Positions 17,082 through 26,769 of a stretch of 64,000 bases of DNA are shown piece by piece. Position 1 is the stretch's first letter. Each line of letters begins with the position of its first letter. Under the pieces are notes generated by a model. That model was given only the letters and a program-made list of their open reading frames with translations. It was not told the DNA's origin and ran no database searches. The position numbers and the translations under genes were made by a program. The stretch is from Nitrospirota bacterium (GTDB lineage Bacteria > Nitrospirota > Thermodesulfovibrionia > Thermodesulfovibrionales > JdFR-86), in the NCBI GenBank assembly GCA_037386965.1, contig JARRLN010000004.1:197-64196 (forward strand). Reading direction: 5' to 3'.

Positions 17082-18792
17082 CCGCAAGGAGCCCGTCATC
17101 CTGCTCATCGCCGAGGACGACGAAGACGACTTCATGCTCGTCAGGGAGGCCCTGGAGGACGGCCGCCTCGTCAACCGCACAGAGTGGGTGAAGGACGGCG
17201 AGGAGCTGATGGACTATCTCCGGAGGCGCGGGCAGTACGCCGAGCAGAGACGTGCGCCTCGCCCCGGCGTCATCCTCCTGGACCTGAACATGCCCCGGAA
17301 GGACGGCAGGGAGGCCCTGGAAGAGATTAAGAAAGACCCTTCCCTCCGGTCCATCCCGGTCATCGTGCTCACCACCTCCGGCACGGAGGAGGACGTGCTC
17401 AGGAGCTATGACCTCGGGGTGAACCTCGTCAGGGACCTCCTGGAGGAGGGGAAGAGCGATGCGGCTTTCCAGCTGCGGACCACCCCTTTGTACGAGGAAG
17501 CCCTCTCGCTCCTCAAAGACGACTCCTTCGACGTCTGCGTCCTGGACTACAGCCTGGGGGAGCGCCACGGGCTGGACCTCCTGCTGGACATCAAGGCCAG
17601 GGACATCGACGTTCCGGTCATCTTCCTCACGGGGGCCGGCGACGAGGAGCTGGCCGTCTCCGTGATGCGCGCGGGGGCCTCGGACTATCTGCCCAAGCGC
17701 AGCCTCTCCTCGGGCCTCCTCTGGGCCTCCATACGCTACGTCCTCTCCCTGAGGGAGGGCGAACGCCTGCGCCGCCAGGCCGAGGAGCGCTACCACACGG
17801 TCATCCGCACCTCCATGGACGGCTTCCTTGTGGTGGATGCGGAAGGCACGGTCCTGGAGACCAACGACGCGTACAGCCGCCTGACCGGCTTCAGCCGGGA
17901 GGAACTCCAGGGGATGCGCATCAGAGACCTCGAGGCAATAGAGACGCCCGGGGAGACGGAGCGCCACCTGAGGGACATCATCAGCACGGGCGGGGACCGA
18001 TTCGAGACCCGGCACAGGCGCAAGGACGGCACGGTGGTGGACGTGGACGTCAGCGTGACCTACCTTCCGGAGGCCGGCGGCCGCCGCATGTACGCCTTCG
18101 TCCGGGATATCACCGCCCAGAAGAAGATGGAAAAAGAGTTGAGGGCGTCCCTCAGGGAAAAAGAGCTTCTCATCAAGGAAATCCACCACCGGGTGAAGAA
18201 CAATTTCCTCACCATCTACAGCCTGCTCAGGTTTCAGTCCCGGCACCTTTCGGACTCGGCCTCCCGGGAGCTTCTCCGGGGCAGCCAGGACAGGGTGCGG
18301 GCCATGAGCCTGATTCACGAGAAGCTGTACCGCTCCGGAGACCTGCAGAGCATCGGGTTCCCCGAGTATATCGCGTCCCTGGCCCGGCAGCTCTTCTCCT
18401 CCTACCGGGTCGACCCCGGGAGCGTGAAGCTCACCCTGGATATCGAGGACGTGGCCCTCGACCTGGAGAGGATGATCCCCTGCGGGCTCATCCTCAACGA
18501 GCTTATCGCCAACGCCTTCAAGCACGCGTTCCCGGAAGGCCGGGGCGAGATAAGAATTTCGCTCCGGAGGAACTCCGACGGAGCCTGCACCCTCACGGTG
18601 GCCGACGATGGGGTGGGGTTGCCTTCCGGGTTGGACCCCATGAAGAGCGATTCCATGGGGCTTGAGCTCGTCGGCCTTCTTTCCCGGCAACTGGGCGGAA
18701 CCCTCACGGTCGAGACCGGGGCCGGGACCACTTTCGTTCTCACCTTCCCCGCCGGTACGTTTCTGGCCAAAGACGCCGCCTTCCGAGGGTAA
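17074..18792 (+). CDS. Hybrid protein: REC-REC-PAS-HisKA_2-HATPase_c (572 aa)
   Basis: ILLIAEDDEDD...ILLDLNMPRKDG (REC1), VCVLDYSLGERHG (REC2), a PAS domain, and IHHRVKNNF (HisKA_2/HWE-type H-box). The ATG overlaps the upstream kinase stop (ATGGATGA). Confidence 0.88.
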   Translation: MDDRKEPVILLIAEDDEDDFMLVREALEDGRLVNRTEWVKDGEELMDYLRRRGQYAEQRRAPRPGVILLDLNMPRKDGREALEEIKKDPSLRSIPVIVLTTSGTEEDVLRSYDLGVNLVRDLLEEGKSDAAFQLRTTPLYEEALSLLKDDSFDVCVLDYSLGERHGLDLLLDIKARDIDVPVIFLTGAGDEELAVSVMRAGASDYLPKRSLSSGLLWASIRYVLSLREGERLRRQAEERYHTVIRTSMDGFLVVDAEGTVLETNDAYSRLTGFSREELQGMRIRDLEAIETPGETERHLRDIISTGGDRFETRHRRKDGTVVDVDVSVTYLPEAGGRRMYAFVRDITAQKKMEKELRASLREKELLIKEIHHRVKNNFLTIYSLLRFQSRHLSDSASRELLRGSQDRVRAMSLIHEKLYRSGDLQSIGFPEYIASLARQLFSSYRVDPGSVKLTLDIEDVALDLERMIPCGLILNELIANAFKHAFPEGRGEIRISLRRNSDGACTLTVADDGVGLPSGLDPMKSDSMGLELVGLLSRQLGGTLTVETGAGTTFVLTFPAGTFLAKDAAFRG

Positions 18793-18827
18793 TCCGCCGC
18801 TTCACGCGGCCCGCCTCATTTCCCCTC

Positions 18828-18856
18828 TTGACATGCACAATTCATGGTTGTACTCT
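18828..18856 (+). promoter_or_regulatory. Sigma-70-like promoter (TTGACA-17-TACTCT) for the PAS/Cys-tail gene
   Basis: Perfect TTGACA at 18828-18833, 17-nt spacer, TACTCT at 18851-18856. AGGAGGAG SD lies before ATG 18919. Confidence 0.5.
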
Positions 18857-18918
18857 TCCTGTATGGGATGTAACATAAGGAGTATGAACGAAGGAAACGG
18901 CATGCCCAGGAGGAGACC

Positions 18919-19824
18919 ATGGCGGGAAACGGAACTTTTCTCTCCAGTGCCTGCGCCCCCGTGGCGCGGGACGTCAAGTTCATCGTCGACCGGGAGGGCT
19001 CGCTTCGGTTCTTGTCGGGCTCGGCGGGGGGATTTTACAAGGCGGCGCGGGAAGACGAACCGCTGCGCGAGCTTCTCACCAGGTGCATCTCGGGTCCCCT
19101 GGGCCCAAAGCTCCGCGAAGCTCTCCAAAGCGGAAGGACCAGCACCGTGGAGGGCTCCATGCCGGTGGACGGACAGAGCGAAATCGCCGACGCCGTGCTT
19201 ATCCCCCTCAGGAACGGGGATGCCGGGGCGTACGCCGTCATGGGACTCCTCCGGGTGGTCACGAAACATCGCAGTCTGAGGGACGCCGTCGCCATGGACT
19301 TCGTCTCCGCCCTGCTGGAGAGCGTCGAGGAGCCCCTGTGCGCCCTGGACGGCGACTTCAGGGTGGTGCGGGCAAACACCCCTTTTGCCCGCCTCTGGTA
19401 CTCGACCCCGGAGGCCCTGGAAGGCTCCGCATGCCATGAGATCCTCCGCGGAAAGGAATCCCCCTGCCGCACCTGTGCGGCCAGACGCACGCTTGCTTCG
19501 GGCATGCCCGCTTCGGTCGTCGAGTCCGTCCTGTTCCCCGACGGCAAGGAAAGATACGCCGAGACGCGCACCGTCCCCGTCGGGGCAGCCACGGGCCACG
19601 GCGCGGCATACGTCCTCATGCGCATGAGGATTGTCCCGGATGGAGGGCAGGCAGAGGAGGAAACCGGACATCCCTCTTCGTCCCTGTCCATCTGCGCCTG
19701 GTGCAAACGGGTGCGAAACGGCGAGGAAACCTGGGAGTCCCTGGGCGACTTCGTCAGGGCGCGCTGGCGCACGGAGCTCAGCCACGCCATCTGTCCGGAG
19801 TGCGCCTCGGAGATATCCCGCTAG
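18919..19824 (+). CDS. PAS-domain protein with C-terminal CxxC...CPxC tail (301 aa)
   Basis: PAS-like core LLESVEEPLCALDGDFRVVRANTPFARLW. Tail is SICAWCKRVRNGEETWESLGDFVRARWRTELSHAICPECASE. Preferred over the antisense ORF 18802..19881 because of its SD, promoter and domain content. Confidence 0.8.
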   Translation: MAGNGTFLSSACAPVARDVKFIVDREGSLRFLSGSAGGFYKAAREDEPLRELLTRCISGPLGPKLREALQSGRTSTVEGSMPVDGQSEIADAVLIPLRNGDAGAYAVMGLLRVVTKHRSLRDAVAMDFVSALLESVEEPLCALDGDFRVVRANTPFARLWYSTPEALEGSACHEILRGKESPCRTCAARRTLASGMPASVVESVLFPDGKERYAETRTVPVGAATGHGAAYVLMRMRIVPDGGQAEEETGHPSSSLSICAWCKRVRNGEETWESLGDFVRARWRTELSHAICPECASEISR

Positions 19825-20067
19825 GCCCTCCGCTCCGGGGCCCTTCGTACATGGCGTCTTCAAAGGGACCGCGGGAAGCACGACCGCGCTTCCCGAGCCC
19901 CCTTTGCTGCCTTCCCGGAAAACTTCCCGGCAGCTACGGAGCGCCGCGGGAATGCCCGGCCGTTCTCTCTTACCCGATTAGGCTCAAAAACATAACTCCC
20001 ATGGGCGCTTACGGCCTCTCAAGAGTCGTGCTATAATTGCAGAAATCTTTTCGGGAGAGTTTTCGCC

Positions 20068-21606
20068 ATGAAAGTCGTCACCTCGTCGGAAATCGGGGAG
20101 ATAGATAAAAAGACGATAGAATATTATGGGATATCCGCCCCGATACTGATGGAAAGGGCCGGGGTGGCCGTGGCCGCCAGGGTGAAGGAGGTCCTCAGGG
20201 AAGGCCGCATCCTGGTGCTGGCGGGCACGGGCAACAACGGAGGCGACGGACTGGTGGCGGCCCGGGAGCTGCATAACGCCGGCTACACGGTGAAGGTCCT
20301 GATTACCGGGAAGCGCAACAGGCTCAAGGAAAACGCCCGCCTTCAGCATGACATCGCCCGGAAGATGCGCGTGCCCATGGAGTTCCGGGACAAGGTGACC
20401 GCCGGGGACCTGCACGGCTCCCTGGTCCTGGACGCCGTCTTCGGCACGGGCCTGAGCAAGGACATACAGGGGCCCCTCGCGGAGGTCATTCGGGCCGTCA
20501 ACGGCTCGTCAGCCCGCGTGGTGGCCGTGGACATCCCCTCGGGCGTCTCATCAGACACCGGACAGGTGCTCGGCGCGGCCTTGCACTGCGCGGCCACGGT
20601 GACCTTCGGAGCCCCCAAGAGGGGGCACTTCCTTCATCCCGGCGCCGGGCTCTCCGGAGAGCTTTTCGTCGAGGACATCGGGTTTCCCCGGGCCCTCTTC
20701 GAGTCCGTACGCACAGCGGTGCCGTCACGGCGCGACGTGGCCTCCCTGGTGCCGGCCCGGGAGCCTTACTCCCATAAGGGCGCCTACGGGCACGTGCTCC
20801 TGGTGGCGGGCTCCCGGGGGAAAACCGGGGCCGCCATGATGGCCGCCCACGCTGCTCTCAGGTCGGGGGCGGGCCTGGTGAGCATCGGGGTCGCGGACTC
20901 CCTGCTGGGGATATACGAAGGACGCGTGACCGAGGAGATGACCCTGCCCCTGGAGGATACCGGACGGGGAAGTCTCGCCCGGGGGGCGCTCACGGGCATC
21001 CTGGAGTTCCTGGACGAGAGGGCCGACGTGCTGGCCCTGGGGCCGGGCATCGGACGGGACCGGGAGACCGCCGAGATGGTCCGGGAGCTTCTCCCCCGGT
21101 GTGCGGCCCCCATGGTGGTGGACGCCGACGGCATCAACGCCCTGGAGGGCAAGGCCGCCCTTCTGAGGAAAGCCCGGGCCCCGGTCATCCTGACTCCCCA
21201 TCCGGGGGAGTTCTCCCGCCTGACCGGGATGGGTGTGAAGGAGATAGAGTCCGACAGGGTGGAAGCCGCCCTCCGGTTTGCCAAAACCTCCGGCGCATAC
21301 ATTATACTAAAAGGCGTTCCCACGGTAGTGGCCGACCCGGCAGGAGAGGCGTTGCTGAACCCCACGGGAAATGCCGCCCTGGCCAAGGGCGGCACCGGCG
21401 ACGTCCTGACCGGCATGGTGGCGGCCCTCCTGGGCCAGGGGCTGAGCCCCCTGGAGGCCGCGGTCCTGGGTGTGTATGCTCACGGGCTGGCGGGGGAGAT
21501 TGCGGCATGCGAGAAGGACATGCGCTCGGTGCTTGCCACCGACGTCGCGGATGCCGTGCCCGGGGTGTTCGGGCGGTTGACGGAGGGCTTTGATGATATT
21601 TCCTGA
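20068..21606 (+). CDS. nnr: Bifunctional NAD(P)H-hydrate repair enzyme (epimerase/dehydratase)
   Basis: YjeF_N part (GTGNNGGDG) and carbohydrate-kinase part (HKGAYGHVLLVAGS, GGTGDVLTG). Confidence 0.93.
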   Translation: MKVVTSSEIGEIDKKTIEYYGISAPILMERAGVAVAARVKEVLREGRILVLAGTGNNGGDGLVAARELHNAGYTVKVLITGKRNRLKENARLQHDIARKMRVPMEFRDKVTAGDLHGSLVLDAVFGTGLSKDIQGPLAEVIRAVNGSSARVVAVDIPSGVSSDTGQVLGAALHCAATVTFGAPKRGHFLHPGAGLSGELFVEDIGFPRALFESVRTAVPSRRDVASLVPAREPYSHKGAYGHVLLVAGSRGKTGAAMMAAHAALRSGAGLVSIGVADSLLGIYEGRVTEEMTLPLEDTGRGSLARGALTGILEFLDERADVLALGPGIGRDRETAEMVRELLPRCAAPMVVDADGINALEGKAALLRKARAPVILTPHPGEFSRLTGMGVKEIESDRVEAALRFAKTSGAYIILKGVPTVVADPAGEALLNPTGNAALAKGGTGDVLTGMVAALLGQGLSPLEAAVLGVYAHGLAGEIAACEKDMRSVLATDVADAVPGVFGRLTEGFDDIS

Positions 21607-22243
21607 AATCTTCGACGGCCACGTCATGGGCTTCTTCACCGACAAGGAGCTGGGCGTGGACGTGCAGGGCCTGACCGAGAGGAGGGTGTACTTCCCCGAG
21701 CAGGAGCACGGCAGCAGGGTCCTCTGGGTGAAGGAGGACCTGAGACCGCGGAAGGCGGACGCCGTCCTCACCGGCCGCGCGGACATCCTCCTGGGGGTGA
21801 AGGTGGCCGACTGCGTGCCCATCCTGCTTTTCGACCGGGACAACCATGCCGTGGGAGCCGTCCACGCGGGCTGGAGGGGAACGGCGGCGGGCATACTGAA
21901 GAAAACCGTAGCCGCCCTCCGGAGTGAATTCGATACCAGGCCGGAAACCCTCCTCATTGCCCTGGGGCCCGCCATCCGCTGGTGCTGCTATCAGGTGAAG
22001 GACAACGTCCTCAAGGCCGTCATGAAAGAAACGGGCGACGGCCGGTACTGGAGCAGGAAAAACGGCAAGGTCTGCCTGGACCTGCAGACGGCCAACAAGT
22101 TGCAGGCCCTCTCGCTGGGGGTCCCGGAGCAGAATATCAGCGTCATCGACGAGTGCACCCTCTGCTCCCCGGAAAAGTACTACTCCTACCGCCGCGACCA
22201 CGACGCCACCGGCAGGCAGGGCGGCTTCATCGGGATGCCCTGA
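21593..22243 (+). CDS. pgeF: Peptidoglycan editing factor PgeF / YfiH laccase-domain protein
   Basis: VADCVPILL, HAGWRG, CTLCSPEKYYSYRRD motifs. GGAGGG lies 5 nt before ATG 21593. Confidence 0.9.
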   Translation: MIFPEIFDGHVMGFFTDKELGVDVQGLTERRVYFPEQEHGSRVLWVKEDLRPRKADAVLTGRADILLGVKVADCVPILLFDRDNHAVGAVHAGWRGTAAGILKKTVAALRSEFDTRPETLLIALGPAIRWCCYQVKDNVLKAVMKETGDGRYWSRKNGKVCLDLQTANKLQALSLGVPEQNISVIDECTLCSPEKYYSYRRDHDATGRQGGFIGMP

Positions 22244-22254
22244 GGAGAGGACGC

Positions 22255-22725
22255 GTGCTCAAGGCCCGGGACATCATGCGCAGCGACCTCACCACCGTCA
22301 ATCCGGAGATGACGGTGGAGGAGCTGGGAAGGCTCTTCATCGAAACGGGCAGGACCGGCCTTCCGGTAACGGACAGGGAGGGACGGCTCCTCGGGATGGT
22401 GACCGAGGACGACCTGGTCAGCAGCAACAAGCGCCTCCATATCCCCACCGTCCTGAGGCTCTTCGACGCCTTCATCCCCCTTGAGGGCTCCGCCGCCATA
22501 GAGCGGGAGATAAGGAAGCTCTCGGCCTCCACCGTAGCCGACATCTACACCAGCGAGGTCGTCACGGTCGCGGAGGAGGCCCCGCTGGACGAGATAGCCA
22601 CCATCATGTCGGAGAAACACCTGCACCATCTGCCGGTGGTCAGGGACGGCAGGCTCGTGGGCATCATCAACCAGCACGACGTCATACGGGGCATCGCCGG
22701 TGAGGTTTCTGACGCGGGGGCCTGA
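22255..22725 (+). CDS. CBS-pair domain protein (156 aa)
   Basis: In-frame part of ORF 21982..22725. GTG 22255 follows GAGGAGAGG. Two CBS repeats (GLPVTDREGRLLGMVTEDDL, HLPVVRDGRLVGIINQHDV). Confidence 0.85.
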   Translation: MLKARDIMRSDLTTVNPEMTVEELGRLFIETGRTGLPVTDREGRLLGMVTEDDLVSSNKRLHIPTVLRLFDAFIPLEGSAAIEREIRKLSASTVADIYTSEVVTVAEEAPLDEIATIMSEKHLHHLPVVRDGRLVGIINQHDVIRGIAGEVSDAGA

Positions 22726-23164
22726 TGAGACCATGCGCGCAGGGACCACGCTCGGGAAAAAGCTAAGGCCGGGCGACACCGTCTGCCTGGTCGGGGAGCT
22801 GGGGGCCGGAAAGACCACCTTCACGAAGGGCATCGCCGCCGCCCTGGGACTTGCTGAGAAGGACATCATCAGTGCGAGCTTCACCATCATAGCCCAGTAC
22901 GATTCCCACCCGCCCTTCTACCACATCGACCTGTACAGGCTGGACCGGCCCGAGGACGTGGAGGCCGCGGGCGTGTACGATTGCATCGGGGAGGATGGCA
23001 TCACTGTCATAGAGTGGGCGGAGAAGCTCCCCGGAAAGGACAGGGAAGGCCTCATCAACGTCAGCTTCCGGTTCGTCTCGGAGACGGAGCGGGAAATCCT
23101 CATTGAAGGGCTCGATGAAAAAGATAGGGATAGTAACCAGAAAAGACAGCCCCGAGGTCACTGA
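22700..23164 (+). CDS. tsaE: tRNA t6A37 biosynthesis ATPase TsaE
   Basis: LVGELGAGKTTFTKG, FYHIDLYR, VIEWAE motifs. Confidence 0.88.
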   Translation: MRFLTRGPDETMRAGTTLGKKLRPGDTVCLVGELGAGKTTFTKGIAAALGLAEKDIISASFTIIAQYDSHPPFYHIDLYRLDRPEDVEAAGVYDCIGEDGITVIEWAEKLPGKDREGLINVSFRFVSETEREILIEGLDEKDRDSNQKRQPRGH

Positions 23165-23969
23165 GCTCCTCGGGGGCTTCGTCCCCTGGCTCAAGAAAAA
23201 CGGGGCCGAGGTCACCCTGGAGCCCGAGGTCGCCCAAAGACTGGGCGAGAAGGGCCGGAGCCCGGAGGAGATGGCGCAGGAGGTGGAGGCCGTCATCGTG
23301 CTGGGGGGCGACGGCACCATGCTGGGGACCGCGCGCCTGATGGCCCCGAGGGGCATCCCCCTCATGGGGGTGAACCTCGGGGGGCTGGGCTTCATCACGG
23401 AGGTCTCCAAGGAGGAGATATTCGAAGCCGCCGGGAGGCTCCTCACGGACGAATGTCCCTCGGAGGAAAGGATGATGCTCGCCGCCCACCACCTGGACGC
23501 CCAGGGCGCGAAGAAAGGGGAATATACGGCCCTCAACGATGTCGTGGTCAACAAGGGCGCCCCGGGGCGCCTGATAGACCTGGAGACGACGGTGGGCGGC
23601 AGGCACGTCTCCCTGTTCCGCGCCGACGGGCTCATCGTCTGCTCGCCCACGGGCTCCACGGCCTATTCCCTGGCCGCCGGCGGCCCGATAATCCACCCCA
23701 CCCTGAACAGCATGGTGCTGACCTCCATCTGCCCGCACACCCTCGGCGTGCGCCCCCTCGTCCTGCCCGAGGACGTCACCGTGGAAATCACGCTCATCTC
23801 CCGGAGCGCGGGAGCCGTGGTCACCTACGATGGCCTGGTGGGCAACGATTATGTCGAAGGCGACACCGTGGTCGTCAAGAAGGCCCCGTACGGCGCCACG
23901 CTCCTCATGCCGGGGGACCGCGACCATTTCCGCGTGCTCAGGACCAAACTCGGATGGGGAGGCAGATGA
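23115..23969 (+). CDS. nadK: NAD kinase
   Basis: VLGGDGTML, NLGGLGF, DGLIVCSPTGSTAYSLAAGGPI motifs. ATG 23115 is preferred over the TTG at 23103. Confidence 0.92.
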   Translation: MKKIGIVTRKDSPEVTELLGGFVPWLKKNGAEVTLEPEVAQRLGEKGRSPEEMAQEVEAVIVLGGDGTMLGTARLMAPRGIPLMGVNLGGLGFITEVSKEEIFEAAGRLLTDECPSEERMMLAAHHLDAQGAKKGEYTALNDVVVNKGAPGRLIDLETTVGGRHVSLFRADGLIVCSPTGSTAYSLAAGGPIIHPTLNSMVLTSICPHTLGVRPLVLPEDVTVEITLISRSAGAVVTYDGLVGNDYVEGDTVVVKKAPYGATLLMPGDRDHFRVLRTKLGWGGR

Positions 23970-23973
23970 AGCC

Positions 23974-24651
23974 ATGACCTCGCCTGTCACGCCGGGAACC
24001 CTTCGCGAGGTCCTCCGCTTCTACCGGGCGCTGGGGTTCGAAAGCATGCCGCTCCGCATAAAGGAGACCGCCTCGGCCCCGCCCGAAAGGAAGGCCAGGG
24101 CCCTCGCGGGGCTCAAGGGGCACATGGGCACGTGCACCAAGTGCGACCTCTGCCGCGGGAGAACGAACGTCGTCTTCGGCGAAGGCAACCCGGACGCCGA
24201 GCTCATGTTCGTGGGCGAGGCCCCGGGGAAGGAGGAGGACCGGCAGGGGCGGCCCTTCGTGGGAGACGCGGGGAAGCTCCTGGACCGGCTTATCGACAGG
24301 ATGGGCTTCAGCCGGGAGGAGGTCTACATCGCCAATATCCTCAAATGCCGCCCCCCGGGCAACCGCGACCCGAAGGAGGAGGAAATAGAGGCCTGCCTGC
24401 CGGTGCTCAAGAAACAGATAGAGATTGTCGCCCCCAGGGTCATCATCTCCCTGGGACGGATTTCGGCCCAGACCCTCCTGGGGACGAAGACGCCCATCAG
24501 CAAGCTGCGGGGGAAGTTCGCCAAACTGGGCACGGTGCTGGTCATGCCCACCTACCATCCGGCTTATCTTCTCAGAAACCCCAAGGCGAAGATGGTCGTC
24601 TGGGAGGACGCGCAGCAGGTGCTCAAAAAACTGGGGAGGAAGCCCCGGTGA
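23974..24651 (+). CDS. Uracil-DNA glycosylase, family 4
   Basis: In-frame part of ORF 23830..24651. CTKCDLC, VFGEGNPDAELMFVGEAPG, PFVGDAG, HPAYLLR motifs. Confidence 0.9.
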   Translation: MTSPVTPGTLREVLRFYRALGFESMPLRIKETASAPPERKARALAGLKGHMGTCTKCDLCRGRTNVVFGEGNPDAELMFVGEAPGKEEDRQGRPFVGDAGKLLDRLIDRMGFSREEVYIANILKCRPPGNRDPKEEEIEACLPVLKKQIEIVAPRVIISLGRISAQTLLGTKTPISKLRGKFAKLGTVLVMPTYHPAYLLRNPKAKMVVWEDAQQVLKKLGRKPR

Positions 24652-25133
24652 AGGTACTCTGGGCCCCCTGGCGCATCCAGTACATCCTCTCCCGCAAGGG
24701 GCCCGGCTGCATCTTCTGCGAGATGTCCCGCGAGGACAGGGACAGGGAGAACCTCATCCTGTACCGCGGGAGGCAGAACTACGTCATCATGAACCGCTTC
24801 CCCTATACCGGGGGGCATCTCATGGTGGTCCCCTACGAGCACTCCTCCTCCCTGGAGGGCTATGCCGGCGGGGTCCTCGACGAGATGATGGCCCTGGCCC
24901 GGTACTCCCTGGAGTGCCTCTCCGAGGTGCTCAGGCCCGAGGGGTTCAACACCGGCATCAACATAGGACAGGCCGCGGGGGCCGGCATCGAGGAGCACCT
25001 GCACATGCACATCGTGCCCCGGTGGGTCGGGGACGCAAGCTTCATGGCCGTGCTGGACGAGGTGCGGGTGGTCCCCGAGCACATCACGGCGACCTACGAC
25101 AAGCTCCGTCCGGTGTTTCAGAGGAATGCTTAA
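24648..25133 (+). CDS. HIT family protein (161 aa)
   Basis: In-frame part of ORF 24132..25133. GTG 24648 overlaps the udg stop. Histidine triad HLHMHIVPR. Confidence 0.88.
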   Translation: MKVLWAPWRIQYILSRKGPGCIFCEMSREDRDRENLILYRGRQNYVIMNRFPYTGGHLMVVPYEHSSSLEGYAGGVLDEMMALARYSLECLSEVLRPEGFNTGINIGQAAGAGIEEHLHMHIVPRWVGDASFMAVLDEVRVVPEHITATYDKLRPVFQRNA

Positions 25134-26769
25134 GGAACTGCGCGTCAGAAATTTCGCCATCATCGAGGAGCTCTCCCTGGGCTTCGGGCCGGGGCTCACC
25201 GTCCTGACCGGGGAGACCGGGGCGGGCAAATCCATCGTCGTGGGAGCCCTGGGGCTGGTGCTCGGCGAGCGGGGCTACACCGAGATGATCAAGACCGGCA
25301 GCACGGAGGCCGTGGTGGAAGCCTTCTTCGACACCCCGGGGCACCCCTTCCTGAGCGAAAGAGGCATCGCCTCCGACGAGGGCATCGTGGTCAGGAGGCA
25401 CGTCTCGGCGGCCGGCCGCACCAGGGCATACATAAACGACACCATGGTAACCGTCCAGGCCCTCCAGGAGCTGGGGAAAACCCTGGTGGACATCCACGGC
25501 CAGCACGCCCACCAGAGCCTTCTGAGCCCCGAGGTGCAACTGCGCCTCCTGGACGTCCTGGGCGGCCTCGAGGAGGAGAGGGAACGGGTCTCCGGGGCGT
25601 ACGCGGAGGTCTCCGCCCTGGAGAAAAGGCTCGAGGAACTCCGCCTGGGCGCACGCGAGCGTGCCCAGAAGACGGACCTCCTCAGTTTTCAGGCCGGCGA
25701 GATAGAGGCGGCCGGGCTTGCTCCCGGCGAGGAGGAGGAGCTCCTCCGGGAGCGGAACATCCTGGGAAACCTCGCCCGCCTGGGTGAGCTGGCCGAGGAG
25801 GCCTACGCCCTCCTGTACAGCGCCGAGGGCGCGGCCACCGAGGACCTTTCGGGGGCCTTCGGCAAGCTGGAGGAAATAGCCGGCATAGACGGGGAGGCCC
25901 GGGAGGCCCGGGACGTCCTGGGACAGGCCCTTCCCCTGGTGGAAGAGGCGGCCCTGGCCCTCAGGGGCCTCAGGGAGAAATACGACGCCGACCCCGCCCG
26001 GCTGGGCATGCTGGAGGAGCGCCTGGAGCTCATCCGGGGCCTCAAGAGGAAGTACGGCGACACCGTGGAGGCCGTCCTGGCGCACGGCGAGCAGGCCCGG
26101 CGGGAGCTTGAGGAGCTGGAGGTCGCGGAAGAAAGGGCCGAGGGGCTCGAGAAGGACCTCGAAGAGAAGCGGTCGGCCCTCGCGGAGGCGGTCCGGCGCC
26201 TCACGGCCGGAAGAAAGAAGGCCGCCCGGAGACTTGCCGAGCAGGTGGCCAAGCGCCTGCCGCAATTGGCCCTGGAGAAGGCGGCCTTCAGGGTGTCCCT
26301 CTCCGAAGCCCCCGTCTCGGCGCAGGGAGCCGACCAGGCGGCCTTTCTCTTCTGCGCCAACCCGGGCGAGGTCCTCAAGCCGCTGGAGAAGGTCGTCTCC
26401 GGGGGCGAGCTCTCCCGGGTCATGCTGGCCGTCAAGGGGGCCCTGCGCGGGGCCGACGACGTGCCTGTGCTCGTCTTCGACGAAGTGGACGCCGGCATCG
26501 GCGGCGCCGCTGCACGGAACGTGGCGGAAAACCTCAGGGACCTCTCCAGGGGCCGGCAGGTCCTCTGCATCACCCACCTCCCCCAGATAGCCTCTCTGGC
26601 CGATGCCCATTTCGTCATAGAGAAGGCCGCCCGGGCGGACAGGACCACCGTCTCGGTGCGGGAGGTCTCCGGAGCGGTCCGCGAGGAGGAAATCGCCCGC
26701 ATGCTCAGCGGCGCGGTCACCGAGACGTCGCTGGGCCACGCCCGGGAAATCATCCGGAGGCGCTCATGA
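25126..26769 (+). CDS. recN: DNA repair protein RecN
   Basis: LTGETGAGKS Walker A, long coiled-coil region, SGGELSRVMLA signature, LVFDEVDAGIGG. Confidence 0.95.
   Translation: MLKELRVRNFAIIEELSLGFGPGLTVLTGETGAGKSIVVGALGLVLGERGYTEMIKTGSTEAVVEAFFDTPGHPFLSERGIASDEGIVVRRHVSAAGRTRAYINDTMVTVQALQELGKTLVDIHGQHAHQSLLSPEVQLRLLDVLGGLEEERERVSGAYAEVSALEKRLEELRLGARERAQKTDLLSFQAGEIEAAGLAPGEEEELLRERNILGNLARLGELAEEAYALLYSAEGAATEDLSGAFGKLEEIAGIDGEAREARDVLGQALPLVEEAALALRGLREKYDADPARLGMLEERLELIRGLKRKYGDTVEAVLAHGEQARRELEELEVAEERAEGLEKDLEEKRSALAEAVRRLTAGRKKAARRLAEQVAKRLPQLALEKAAFRVSLSEAPVSAQGADQAAFLFCANPGEVLKPLEKVVSGGELSRVMLAVKGALRGADDVPVLVFDEVDAGIGGAAARNVAENLRDLSRGRQVLCITHLPQIASLADAHFVIEKAARADRTTVSVREVSGAVREEEIARMLSGAVTETSLGHAREIIRRRS

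Noticed and set aside
18802-19881. A 359-aa minus-strand ORF covering the PAS/Cys-tail locus.
   Set aside because: The plus-strand ORF has a promoter, a strong SD, PAS-like sequence and a structured Cys motif. The minus-strand translation has no recognisable features.
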